Shown here in pieces: positions 1 to 11,600 of a stretch of DNA of 64,000 nucleotides. Positions within the stretch are counted from its first letter, which is position 1. Each line of letters opens with the position of its first letter. The stretch spans positions 39,621 to 103,620 of the IMG/VR virus record IMGVR_UViG_3300012983_001373, one strand, 5' to 3'. Source of the DNA: a virus (Duplodnaviria; Caudoviricetes). The notes under the pieces are model-generated. The model did not search any database and was not told the origin of the DNA. It saw only the letters and a program-made list of their open reading frames with translations. The position numbers and the translations under genes were made by a program.

Positions 1-473
1 GTTACTGCACTGTTTCTTATTTTTTCAGTTGATACAGCTCTTGTTCCATCTTTTTTGTCATCGCTAGTTCCTGATAATTTTTCATTAGTAATATTTTGAT
101 CAGCTATTTTAATAGTAGTTACAGCGCTATCTGCTATTTTAGCTGTAGTAATGTTTTTATCTTTAATTTTAGAAGTGGTTACAGCAGCGTCGCCTATTTT
201 ACTTTCAACAACAGCCTTATCTTTTATAAGAGAAGTTTCTACTGTTTGTTCTTGTAATGTTTTAACTGCATGCAGCTTCGCATAAATACCATTTCCTCTT
301 TTTATTCTAATAAAAGAACCATTTGCACCGTATGATGCGAATATTGCACCAGCGTCTATTGCTGAGTTATCTACGGTAGAAAATTCTTCTCCATCTTCAG
401 ATGAGAAACAATAAGTAAGAGCACGTCCATCTTCTACAACTGATTCTGTAATCTTTTTAATACCTACTGCCAT
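1..473 (-). CDS. Tail fibre-like protein with 10-aa (A/N)VTTxKIxD repeats (truncated by window edge; not in the ORF track)
   Basis: Manual translation from ATG at 473-471, which overlaps the upstream stop as TAATG: MAVGIKKITESVVEDGRAL...KAVVESKIGDAAVTTSKIKDKNITTAKIADSAVTTIKIADQNITNEKL. The frame stays open to position 1. Confidence 0.8.
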   Translation of the reverse strand, partial: MAVGIKKITESVVEDGRALTYCFSSEDGEEFSTVDNSAIDAGAIFASYGANGSFIRIKRGNGIYAKLHAVKTLQEQTVETSLIKDKAVVESKIGDAAVTTSKIKDKNITTAKIADSAVTTIKIADQNITNEKLSGTSDDKKDGTRAVSTEKIRNSAV

Positions 474-2197
474 TATTTACCACCGTCCTCTAATGAATTA
501 GATATTATTCCGTTATCAGTAGAAACAACTAATGACATAAGACCTTCATACACTTCTGCACTTACATCATGTGGAGTATTAAATGTTATTTGGAATTCTA
601 TTTCTGTCATAGGTGCATCAAATTCAAAGTCATAAACTAATTGATAACCTGATTCCATACCGTTAACCCAAACTCTATTAGATATTGTACTAGGTTCTGA
701 ACCTTTTGCTAATGTCCAGAATGATTCATCATCATTAGCACCTTGATTTCTTCCTTTTACAATAACAGAATAGTATTCATCGTTTTTGTTGTCTCTGTTT
801 ACAGGGTTGAATGTTATTCTAACTCTAGTTGCCTCACTTTGTTCTAATACAAAAGAGCCTGAATAAGCACCAACTACAGTAGGAATATATCTAGCTTCAA
901 GTGTTTTAACTGCACCAACTCCTAAATATATATCTGATAAGTATCCAGATGCATCTGCAGCTTCAGGAGATAATGCTCCGTCGTTACCTATCCAATATGT
1001 ATCTTGATGGAAATCTGCTATACAAGGTTCTCTAAATCCACCTAACTTCCATATGTTTCCGTTAGAAGTACCTTTAGCTTTTACTATTACAACATACTTT
1101 CCTGGTGTTTCAAGTCTTTTATCTTGAGCCAATGTAAATGAATATGTTTTAAATACGCTAAGAGCTTTACCACTTTGCATTTCATTAGACATTATACATT
1201 GTTCACTATTAGGGTCATATATTCCAGTTTCACTATATGGATATACTTCAAGATGTAAGTTTCCTGGATTTCCTTCAACAGATAAAATTAAATCTATTTG
1301 TCTTAAATAAGTATAGTTTAATGAAGCAGGTACTGTAAATGTAGTAGCAAAACCAGCTACGTTTTTATCTAAGTTTAATTCTCCAACACTAACTCTTTGT
1401 TCCCCATCTTTTATTATTGCATGTATACTATTTCCTGCATCTAAATCTCTTACTGTATCTTCTTTACCAAAGAAGAACATACCATTTCTATAAACTCCAT
1501 ATGTTTTATCTACTGTATCAGGAGTATAATCCATAAAGAATTCTCCAACATTTAATTCAGTATTGTTTACATCTATTATTTCACGACATACTGGTTGTTT
1601 ATCACTATTGCTTCCGTATATAATAAGTTTTTGTCCTTTAGTATAATCTCCTCTTTCTAATGTTTGTACTATACCATCAGAAGTTATAGTGTCTATTATT
1701 TGAGTATCATTTATATATTTTTTTAATCCCATTTTAAATGGATCAACTAAACCATTATAAACTTTACTTGCAGGATCTAAGTTCCCTGTAACCATCATAT
1801 CTCTTTTCATATGATACATTTCATTTCTAAGAACTCTCATATCTTCTGCCACATTTAAAGCAGCCTTAGAGGCGTCTTGAACAAATGAAATACCTTCTAA
1901 GTCAGTCATTAAATCATTGGCATTTATTGTTTTAGGATTTCCATTTGCGTCTAGTTGTACTTTTCCTTCTTCATCTAAACAAAGTAATCCTTGAGCTAAA
2001 TCTACAAGACTTCTATCGCTTACTAAACGAGTACCGTTTTCGTCTTGTAATAAAGATGCTTGAGCGATGAATCTTGAAGGAATACCGTCAACTGCAACGG
2101 TATCCCCAGATGGATCATCACTTGTTCTAAACCCATGAACTATCTTTAAATAGTTTTTAAGGGCAATTAAATCTAATTGACTTAAATTTATTGACAC
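473..2197 (-). CDS. Putative virion structural (baseplate/tail) protein
   Basis: 581-aa ORF (track start 2218). SD-like GGAGATGA favours GTG at 2197 (VSINLSQL). Beta-rich C-terminal half; lies inside the tail operon. Confidence 0.6.
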   Translation of the reverse strand: MSINLSQLDLIALKNYLKIVHGFRTSDDPSGDTVAVDGIPSRFIAQASLLQDENGTRLVSDRSLVDLAQGLLCLDEEGKVQLDANGNPKTINANDLMTDLEGISFVQDASKAALNVAEDMRVLRNEMYHMKRDMMVTGNLDPASKVYNGLVDPFKMGLKKYINDTQIIDTITSDGIVQTLERGDYTKGQKLIIYGSNSDKQPVCREIIDVNNTELNVGEFFMDYTPDTVDKTYGVYRNGMFFFGKEDTVRDLDAGNSIHAIIKDGEQRVSVGELNLDKNVAGFATTFTVPASLNYTYLRQIDLILSVEGNPGNLHLEVYPYSETGIYDPNSEQCIMSNEMQSGKALSVFKTYSFTLAQDKRLETPGKYVVIVKAKGTSNGNIWKLGGFREPCIADFHQDTYWIGNDGALSPEAADASGYLSDIYLGVGAVKTLEARYIPTVVGAYSGSFVLEQSEATRVRITFNPVNRDNKNDEYYSVIVKGRNQGANDDESFWTLAKGSEPSTISNRVWVNGMESGYQLVYDFEFDAPMTEIEFQITFNTPHDVSAEVYEGLMSLVVSTDNGIISNSLEDGGK

Positions 2198-2204
2198 GTA
2201 ATCA

Positions 2205-5200
2205 TCATCTCCATTCAAAAGTTATTTTATCTATTTTGCGTTCATACTTTTCAGTTCCATATAAATGTTTGTACTCCTCCCACTCCATAGGGAACATATT
2301 AAAATATTCATACATAGGATCTATCTTTAATGCATCGTTGTCTAATAATTTAATACCTCTTACACCATGTCTAGTTACTAATTCGTATTTTCCTTTATAT
2401 AAAACACCATTTATATATATCTTCACATGGTCAACTGTATTAGTTAATGAACGAGGAATATCATAATAATCTTCACTAAACTCAAATGTTCCATATGAAG
2501 AAGTTAATACATCAAATGTAACTGATTTAAGAGATAAGTCATTACGTTTTTCTACTAATATAACATCCCTATTTGTAGTAGGTATGTAATATAAATCATT
2601 TTCTTCAGGCAGTCTCATAATACGTTTTGGATAATTTTCATAAGCTTTGATGATTGATTCTTTAAAATTATCTGATAAGTATTCATTGAATAAGCACTTA
2701 GCCATTACCTTTGGTTCTGGCATTGGATTTAATCCACATATATTTGCTTCAAACATTATTTTATCATCATCATACTTATGATATTCTTCAGGGTATAACA
2801 TAACACCGTTTAAATATACATTTGTTATAGCAGGAGCCAATGCAAAATCTGCTTGTATTGAATCTTTAGCAAGTTTATATATTTGACCATGGTCTGTATT
2901 AGCATTTGTCTCTAAGTTTATATAATCACGGTAAGCCGCAATTACTTCTTGTCCTTCTATATGTTCTATAACATATTGTATTGATTCATTATTAAGTTCA
3001 TCATAAATATATCTAGCTAATTGTAATGCACTTACTAATAAACTGTTAGTCATAAATGCATCTCTTAAAGGTCTATTCGCTGATATGAATTTAGTATTAA
3101 GTACATTTTCATATTTCGGATCAGTTAATAAATCTTCAGGATCTTCTACACTTGCAAACTCATTGTATATATAATCTAATACTACTAATGTATCTTCAGG
3201 TATATCTAATTTAGGTAAGTCAACTTGATATGTTCTAGTTGTACCATCGTCTATATTAACTTCTCTATTCTCTATCATTAAACCATTATAATATGTGCTT
3301 AATGAATTGTTTCCAGTTAACCATACATCAAATCGAGATGCTTTTCCTTCATAAGTGAAAGTACCTTTACCTATCTCTACTTTTACATTATTATTAGAAC
3401 CAGAAATCAATGGTTCATCTATTTGATTGCAATAAGTATGAGCGAAATAAGTTAATAAAGGAGAACCAGTCCAGAAATCATTAATTTGGTCTTCGCTTAA
3501 TAGAACATTTATAGAGCCTTTTCCTACATAGAATCCAAGAATTTCATTTATAATTCTTAAATCCATACCTTCTAATCTTACTCTATCTCCTGTCGCTTTG
3601 TGCATATAATACACTTCATTGCCATAGTCATCAGCTTCAAATGTTATTTGTCCTGGTTTATAATAATTCTCTGCAGAGTTTGCAGCGCCTCTTAAACCAT
3701 CTCTATCTAATAATATAGCATTTCCTAAATAAACAATTGCATTATTACAGTTATTGTAAACTGATTCAGTTCCTCCATCATCTATTCTTACTGAATAAGA
3801 ACTAACATCATTATCAAATACTAAATTTAAAGCAGATTCATCTGCATTATCTATTCTAAATACAGAGAACTCTAACTGTTGTTTTTGGTCTATATCATAA
3901 ACACTGTTTATTCTTATTCTACCATCGTCAACAGCTATGTCTCCATTAGTAGGAGTCATTAATAAACCGTTAACTATAACTATATATTCTTCATCAGAAG
4001 ATATTGCAGGATGATCTATAACTCCATCTATACATCTACCAGTAGTTATAAAAGATGTTTCAACATCAGCCACGTAGAATGTATATAATTCACCTTCTGC
4101 TAAATCAAAGTTTTTAATAGTTATTTTAGTTTTATTATCTTCAATAACCCAGTTTATATCTTGTGTAGCAATTAAACCATTACTCATCATAGAAAGCCCG
4201 TTACAGAATACCATTGGCTTAGCATAATTTGTTAATGGCTCATCTATTGCAACAGTTACTGTTTGTTCTTTTTTATTATAATCAAGACAAGAACCAAATA
4301 AACTTCCATTATCGTCATCTACACCGAATGTATAATCTTCAGTTCTTTCAGGGAATAATAACACTGTCATTTGCATATCGTTCATTATATTTCCTTCGTC
4401 ATCTACAGTGAATTTAATGTTCCCATCACTTTTATCATATTCATATATAACACTACTTCCACCTGGATAACTATATTTAGATTCAAGTGCTAAACCATCT
4501 ACGAATAAAGAAGGGACTCCATCAAACATACCTACGTAGTATGAAGAAGGACCTGAAACAGGGATAGCATTTTGTATAGTACTACCTAGTATAGTAGGAT
4601 AATCTATAAATGAATAAGTTATTGCATATATGTATTCATATTTTTTCATGGCACTTTCTGATAATTTTATACCATTATTATGAACAACATAATCTCCGTC
4701 GTTTTTACCTTTGGTTCTTTCTTTTACTAAAAGAAAACCACGAGGGTCTGCACTAATATGCCCATTGTTTTTATCTTTTACCGTTCTGAAACCATAATAT
4801 TCAGTGTTTAAAGTTGCAACTCCTATGTATCCATAGTTAACAGAGTTTGGGTCTTTATCTATTTTAATAAATCTCTTTTGAATATTGTGAAGTCTACTTG
4901 TGTCTAAATGAATCCAATGTGCTTTATCGCTCATTTTTGATTTGTCTACACGTATAGTTATATCACTATCTTCATTATATTCATCACCAAATGGAGAATA
5001 GAACATAAAGTGTTCTGCGTCATCTCCAGGGACTTTTCCACTTGCAAACATTCTTCCTTTAGTAGTTAAAGGAACAGGGAATACGTCTGGATTAGATTTA
5101 GATTTTTCTAATGGACTTAGGAATTGAAAGCTTAATCCACTGAACACATTAACTGTGCTACTCATTGTTTGAGCTTTTACTGGCATCCAAGCCATAACAT

Positions 5201-5549
5201 CAGGATTCATATAACTAAGTACTCCAGTGTTAGGATCAACGCCTAGTTGGTAATCAGTTGCGGTGTTTTCTTCTATTAATTTTTGATTTGTATTAGCTGG
5301 ATGATAAAACCCTTTAAATAAAGGCGACCAACCTTCTCCTTCTCCTTGATACGCTTCTAATATATCCATTAATGTATCAGGTTGGAATCTTAATGCTCTT
5401 TCTGGAATCTGTTCTTGTCTTTCTTGAACAGTTTCAGCATTTCTATATCTTTCATCATTTAAGTATTTTAGCGCCATAAAAAGTTGATGCCATTCTTTAT
5501 TAAGAACTTGCTCATTTTGACGCCCCATATTAAATTTACGTCCTGCCAA
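2205..5549 (-). CDS. Putative tail/baseplate structural protein with repeated (V/I)x(L/I/V)NG beta modules
   Basis: 1119-aa ORF (track start 5564). SD AAAGGTGGTG favours TTG at 5549. Repeats LFVDGL, VFCNGL, VIVNGLL, TYYNGL, VYLNGVML and IYINGVLY are of the same type as in 17701..20388. Confidence 0.6.
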   Translation of the reverse strand: MAGRKFNMGRQNEQVLNKEWHQLFMALKYLNDERYRNAETVQERQEQIPERALRFQPDTLMDILEAYQGEGEGWSPLFKGFYHPANTNQKLIEENTATDYQLGVDPNTGVLSYMNPDVMAWMPVKAQTMSSTVNVFSGLSFQFLSPLEKSKSNPDVFPVPLTTKGRMFASGKVPGDDAEHFMFYSPFGDEYNEDSDITIRVDKSKMSDKAHWIHLDTSRLHNIQKRFIKIDKDPNSVNYGYIGVATLNTEYYGFRTVKDKNNGHISADPRGFLLVKERTKGKNDGDYVVHNNGIKLSESAMKKYEYIYAITYSFIDYPTILGSTIQNAIPVSGPSSYYVGMFDGVPSLFVDGLALESKYSYPGGSSVIYEYDKSDGNIKFTVDDEGNIMNDMQMTVLLFPERTEDYTFGVDDDNGSLFGSCLDYNKKEQTVTVAIDEPLTNYAKPMVFCNGLSMMSNGLIATQDINWVIEDNKTKITIKNFDLAEGELYTFYVADVETSFITTGRCIDGVIDHPAISSDEEYIVIVNGLLMTPTNGDIAVDDGRIRINSVYDIDQKQQLEFSVFRIDNADESALNLVFDNDVSSYSVRIDDGGTESVYNNCNNAIVYLGNAILLDRDGLRGAANSAENYYKPGQITFEADDYGNEVYYMHKATGDRVRLEGMDLRIINEILGFYVGKGSINVLLSEDQINDFWTGSPLLTYFAHTYCNQIDEPLISGSNNNVKVEIGKGTFTYEGKASRFDVWLTGNNSLSTYYNGLMIENREVNIDDGTTRTYQVDLPKLDIPEDTLVVLDYIYNEFASVEDPEDLLTDPKYENVLNTKFISANRPLRDAFMTNSLLVSALQLARYIYDELNNESIQYVIEHIEGQEVIAAYRDYINLETNANTDHGQIYKLAKDSIQADFALAPAITNVYLNGVMLYPEEYHKYDDDKIMFEANICGLNPMPEPKVMAKCLFNEYLSDNFKESIIKAYENYPKRIMRLPEENDLYYIPTTNRDVILVEKRNDLSLKSVTFDVLTSSYGTFEFSEDYYDIPRSLTNTVDHVKIYINGVLYKGKYELVTRHGVRGIKLLDNDALKIDPMYEYFNMFPMEWEEYKHLYGTEKYERKIDKITFEWR

Positions 5550-5572
5550 ATCAAATTCCACCACCTTTCAAT

Positions 5573-5587
5573 CTATTTTATTATTAC
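5573..5587 (-). promoter_or_regulatory. Putative phage late promoter motif GTAATA-N6-TAG
   Basis: Minus strand GTAATAataaaaTAG, between a hairpin and the RBS. The same motif occurs at four other intergenic sites. Confidence 0.6.
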
Positions 5588-5596
5588 TAAACATTA

Positions 5597-5622
5597 GACT
5601 GCACCTCATTAAAGATGCAGTC
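5597..5622 (-). terminator. Stem-loop (possible weak intrinsic terminator) after the 2134-aa gene
   Basis: Minus strand GACTGCATCT-ttaatg-AGGTGCAGTC, a 10-bp stem with one G-U pair. The U-tract is weak (taatgttt). Confidence 0.55.
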
Positions 5623-5637
5623 ATTGTTTTAAATCTA

Positions 5638-8600
5638 TTATTTTCGTCTACTCATTGCTGATATAGCCTCTATTAATTCTCTCCAATCATCGAAGTAAGT
5701 TTTACATAATGTAGAGTAAGTATCTGGCCCCTTGCTTGTTTCTTCTGGTATTGCTCTTTCAATATCATTAAATAATTCAGGGTCAGCCTCAAATCCTTGA
5801 GGGTTTTTATATTTAATTACAGAGAACAGTGTATAACAGTAATCTACCATATCATTAAAATCTCTAGCTTCCATATAATAATCACCCTTACCTTGTGCTC
5901 TTAATTTTGCTAATTCTGCACTAGTAGGTATTGATCTATATGGTACAGGTTTAGATATTCTAACGTCTTTAATTATTAATAAGTAGTTTCTGTTATAAGA
6001 AGTTGTTGCTCCACCGTGAGTAAACGCTATTCTTATTTCATCGTAATGTTTAGGTCTTGTTGTTAACATTATAGATTTCTTACCACCTGAATCAGATAGT
6101 TTAACTGTTTCGTCTATTTCACCATCAACTATATATTGTAAGTATGCTTCAGATTTCGGAGGCATAACTACTGGTTGTGGTGTAGGTTCTACTGGAGGTG
6201 GTGGTGGAGGTGCTGCCTCATAAGTTTTATAAGTATATATCTTTAATGTTTTCGTACAAGTTACATCATCGTATGCACATCTATTAGAAGACAATGTCCA
6301 TCTTATATAAGTGATACCTTTGTTTTTTAATGCTGATGCTGGTATTTGTACTGTCGTATTAACATAATCTGATGAATTACTATGATTAACTCTAGTTGAC
6401 CAATTGTTTGCACCAAATAGTTCTATCTTAGAATATTTACCAGAATGCCATCCATAACCATCTAAATATAGAGTTAATGGTTTATTTGCATCAACTAAAC
6501 CATCAGCAGATGAAGTACTAAAATTATAGATTCTAGTATGATAATCACTTGTGTCATCAGTATAATAATAATCATGTAAATAATGATGTCTATCATTAAA
6601 TGGACAGTTTCCATATACTGAGAAAGATGTTCTTGCATACGCTTTTCTATTAGTTCCTTTATCTAAAACAGAAACATTAACGTTTACATAACCTGAGCAA
6701 TGGAATTGGTCTGAAGTCCATAAACAAGAACCTTTTCCATCTTTTATAGTTACTATTAATTTTTCATGTTCTTCATTACATCCTGTGACATTAATCATTA
6801 CTTCTGCTTTGTTTCCAACACAACCTTTTATATCTATTTTCAATTGTAATGCTGTTTGTCCTGCTACAAATAATCCATTATGACAACAACCATTATAACG
6901 ATTAGTAGTTGTTCCTGGAGGCAATGATAATTCGACTGTTAAATTGCTACCTATTCTAGAACTATCTCCTGCCGCTCTTGTATCTCTTCTTACTAATCCT
7001 TCTTCTATATCATCTATTGCCATGATTTCTGATGCTGCTGCTGTTGCATGCATTTTATTAAAGAAATTTGCGTCTATTACAGCTTTTGCAGTATAATCAA
7101 GATGTGTTGTAGTATAATGACAAGGATAAGCATAATTATAATAATGAGGTACACGATAGTCTTGTAATATTGCTCCTGCTTCGTGGTTCTTTTTATTTTT
7201 ATTTAAGTTTGCTGCAAGAGTATAAGGGTATGATGCAACAGATGTCCTAGTTTGTTGATTTCTTAATTCGTTTTCACTAAATACTGTCTGGCTTAATCTA
7301 TCTATAGAACCTAAATGCGATATATAAGTATGATTCATTCCTGCATAAAGTTTTGCATTTTGCGCATATGAAGGATGGAAATAAGTTGTATTTGTAGTTG
7401 GATCCCAACATCCACCAGAAAATCTGTATAAGAACAACGGCATATTATAAATATTAGCATTTATACCTCTAAAGTCATGTTCTCTAGCGTACACTACAAA
7501 TGGAGCAGTGATTGTTCTATAATGTCCTGAAGTATCCATTATTCTAACATTTAACACACAATTTCTAACAGCTCTTACTGGAATTAATGGTATAAACCAT
7601 TCTCCTGTAGCAGTAAAGTTTGTGAATTGACCAACAGGAACTCTTTGCCAAGATGTAGACATTCCTCCTGTTATTCTATATTCAACTTTAGCAATAGGAA
7701 CTACTGTATAATAATTTACAACAAAATGAACAGTTCCATATTCCATATATCTATTATGAAGAGGACCATCAAAACCACCGAACAACTGTAAACCTTGTAC
7801 TGAAAATGCAGGAGGCACAGTAGGGACTACTGGAGGTGGTGCAGGAGGTTCTTCAATTACTTCTTCTTCTATTGGGTGATCATAATTCGTGGAGTCATGT
7901 AATGTATAATCTACTGTTATCGTAGAGTTAGGAGGAATAGTCTCACAACTAAATGCTTGATAAATACCACTACTTACACCTTCTCGGTCAGTTGGGCATT
8001 TTAGATATACAGTATCTTCATCATTAAATCCGTCAAGACCTTGACTCTTATAAACTTTTAAGCCGCCCCAATTTTTCCAAGCTTCTAAAGTAAAATTATT
8101 ATAAGACAAATGAGCGTCGTTAAATGTTCCATTCATTACAAAGTTTTTACAGTTGTATTCATTAGAAATTACATTCAAATAATTTCTTAAGCTGTGTAAA
8201 TCATCAGCTTTTAATGGGTCTATATATTTATGTTTAAAATAGAATCCATCATATTTAATTGTTATTTTTTTCTGATGAAGTCTTTCTCTCTTATTTAGTA
8301 CAGAAGGTGTACCTATATCTACAGCTTGACCATTATGGTCTATAACTTGGAAGTTTCTGAATTTAAGAGTATGTAATCCAACCGCATCAAATTTAATAAC
8401 TACATATTCATCATCATCTGTTCTTGTAAATTCTATTTCTTTGCTTATCCATTGTTCTCCATAATGTATTTCAGGAACAAAATGTCCATGATAATGCGTA
8501 TATGGAGGATGATAAATAACGTGTTTATGCCAATGTCCACACACCCAAGTATGAGTGTAACAATGAACTATTCTATGTGGATGATGACATATGTAACCAC

Positions 8601-11600
8601 CTGTATTAGCAAAGTGGAATGCTCTTTTCGCATAAAAATCATATTTTAATTTATGTTTCTTGCCTTTAACTATTTTATCCTTTGGTATTCTAATTTCAAG
8701 TACATTATTTGTAATTCGTGCAAAATCATCAACTCCATCTGGAAGAACAAAACTATTGTTTAAATATGGATTTGATGTTAACAATATTTCTGATTCATAT
8801 AATTTACGAGTAGTCCATTCACCTGCTGCCGTATAATAGAATACATCGGTAGAGTTATCTACATATGGTTTAACGAATAAAGCAAGTTGATTATCCCCTG
8901 GATTTATTAGATAACGTCCTTCAGATTCAGGCATTCTATATTTAAAAGCATATTTTTTATTTTGTAGCAATTCAAATGTATTAATATCTCCTAAATCTAT
9001 TTGGTGTGCTTCATCAAAACTGTTGCTACGACACTCTAAGAACAATCTATAATCTTTATATTTATTTATAATCAATGCGTTTTCAGACGGTTCTACTCTT
9101 TGATTTTCTCCTAACCATCTATTTCTATATAGCCATCTACAATCATAGAACCAGTCATGAGGACAATATATAGGATGTGTCCAACCACGATATCTATAAT
9201 AATGATGATGATAATAACACCAGTTCATATGGAAATGTGGTAAATGATGACTATGAGTTCTATTTACATTAAATATAATAGGGTTAGATTTCCATTTTGC
9301 AGCTTTAAAATCTGCAGCGAAATCTATTGATTCATCATAAACCAATTTTGAATTATGAAGTATATTGTTTGCAGGTAATGCAACTTCAACACTTATTTCA
9401 GGGTTTCTTTCTGTAACCCAATCTCCATTAACAGGGTCAACGAATTTTAGATTTAAATTTAAATCTTGCTTAACTACAGATACTATATTTGATGTACTAT
9501 ATATGCTAGGGAATCTATGATGATTTGCATAGTAGAATGCCACAGCTGTTACAGTACAATCTGCAGGATAAGACGTTAAATCAAACGACGTATTAAATGT
9601 CCTGAAATTATAAGCAGAAGGCATACCATGCGGAGTAAAACAATGATGCCATTTTCTATCGCTATATTGAACCCAAGTACGTCCATTTTTACCATCTCTT
9701 TTACCTGGGTTAGGTCCATTTACTATTTTTCCATCTTTATCTCTAACAATTAAACATAAATCAACTAAGAATGTTATATCAATATTATTAAATCTAGTAT
9801 CATATAGAGGATTTCTATATGTGTAAGTTATTTTATTAGCTTCATTTTCTGCAACTCCTAGAGTTAACTCTGGTGGGTCATATGGTAGAGTACACATTGG
9901 AGTCATTGTTTTATGATTTATTGAAGCTTCATCGGCTGAATAAATATATTGTCCTAAACTATTTATCCATTTTCTTTCTATGACGAACATTAATATTGTA
10001 TCCCCTGGTTCTACATGTTCCATAAATTGTAAAGCATAATATTTATGAACATCTTTAGGATACATATACATATTTTTACCATTTTGATACATTGGTTTAT
10101 TAGAAAAATCTTCGCCAAAATCTTTAAATACGTGTAAACTAAATGTATTAGGATCTATATTTGCGAGAAGTCTTTCTTGAAGTCTTTTTCTTGTACAATT
10201 CCAATAACCATAATGATATCCCCAATAGTGTCTACAATGATATTCAACATTGAATAAATCAGTATGTGCTGATGCATAAAATATTTTATAATCTTTAGGG
10301 TCGGTACTAGTACCTTGGAAATACATCTTAGCACCTTCTTCTATGAAGATACCATCCCAACCATCAACAAAATACCATCTTGGTGGATTTTTTTGTATAG
10401 GGTCAAGTTGTCTTATTTGAATTGTTTTTTCAACTACGTTACCTGACATATCTGATACTCTTACATCTATATAAATAATATTATGCCAAGTATTAAAATT
10501 AGGTTCCCATACTGCCTCGTTTTGATTCCAATGCCCTGATCCTCTTGGAGGTCTGTTTATATAATACCAACCAGTATAATAATCTCCACGTGCTCTTATT
10601 TGTACATTTGTTATTTGATAAGTAGATGTATATTTAATAGTTATTTTTTGAGGTATTCCTGTTACATAAGTATTTGTGTTATCAAGATAACCATTAGCAT
10701 ACATACTTGTTATTTTTAAATCTCCACGAGATTCGTCAATACATACTTGAATAGTTTTTGACGCTGTATTATTATATTGGTCATAAATAATAACTGTTAC
10801 ATTATAGACTCCAGCACGAGAGAATTGATAAGAAAAACTACCTTGTGTTTGGTTCCAAGAATAAACACTTCGGTCATAGTCATTATTTATTCTATAATAA
10901 ACTCTACTGATTCTTGATTTACTTGCTGAATATTTTATATTAAACGATACAGGTTTCGTTACAGCAAAAGAACCAGTGTTGTCTGTTGTTCCTGAAGGAG
11001 TTATAGAATGAATTTTTAATTCACTATCATCATATAAAGTTGCATTGATAGTCTTTCTTGTAACGTGTCCAGCAGTATCGGTTACAACAGCTGTTATACT
11101 AGTTGCACCTGTATTTTGCATTATAGCTGATTCCCAATAATGCGATTTACTAGGATTCCATAATGTGGCGTCTTGATAATTTTTACCTCTTATTTCATAT
11201 TTAACAGAAGAAATATTAAGCGTACCAGAAACAGATAAATAAGTTTTAAATCTTGTTTCTCCAGCTATATATTGACCGCCTTCATTATAAGTATCAGAAC
11301 GAAGATAAAAGTTATTAATATTTAAATCATAATTAGGATTATGCACTTTGAATGCTTGAATGCTATATTGGTCTGCAATTACTCTTCCGTCAACAATTGT
11401 TTGAAGTCTTAAATATGCTTGTCTAGTTTGTTGCTTAGAAACATAACTATAAAAATTACTAGGTATTGTTAAATTATGCTCTCCTGCTTTTAATTGCCAT
11501 CCAATAGCTACCCAACCAGAGTTATCTGTTCTCATATGGATATCATGTCTAGCTTCAGAAGTTTGTGCAGCTATTTTTACCCATGCTTTCGCACCTATGT

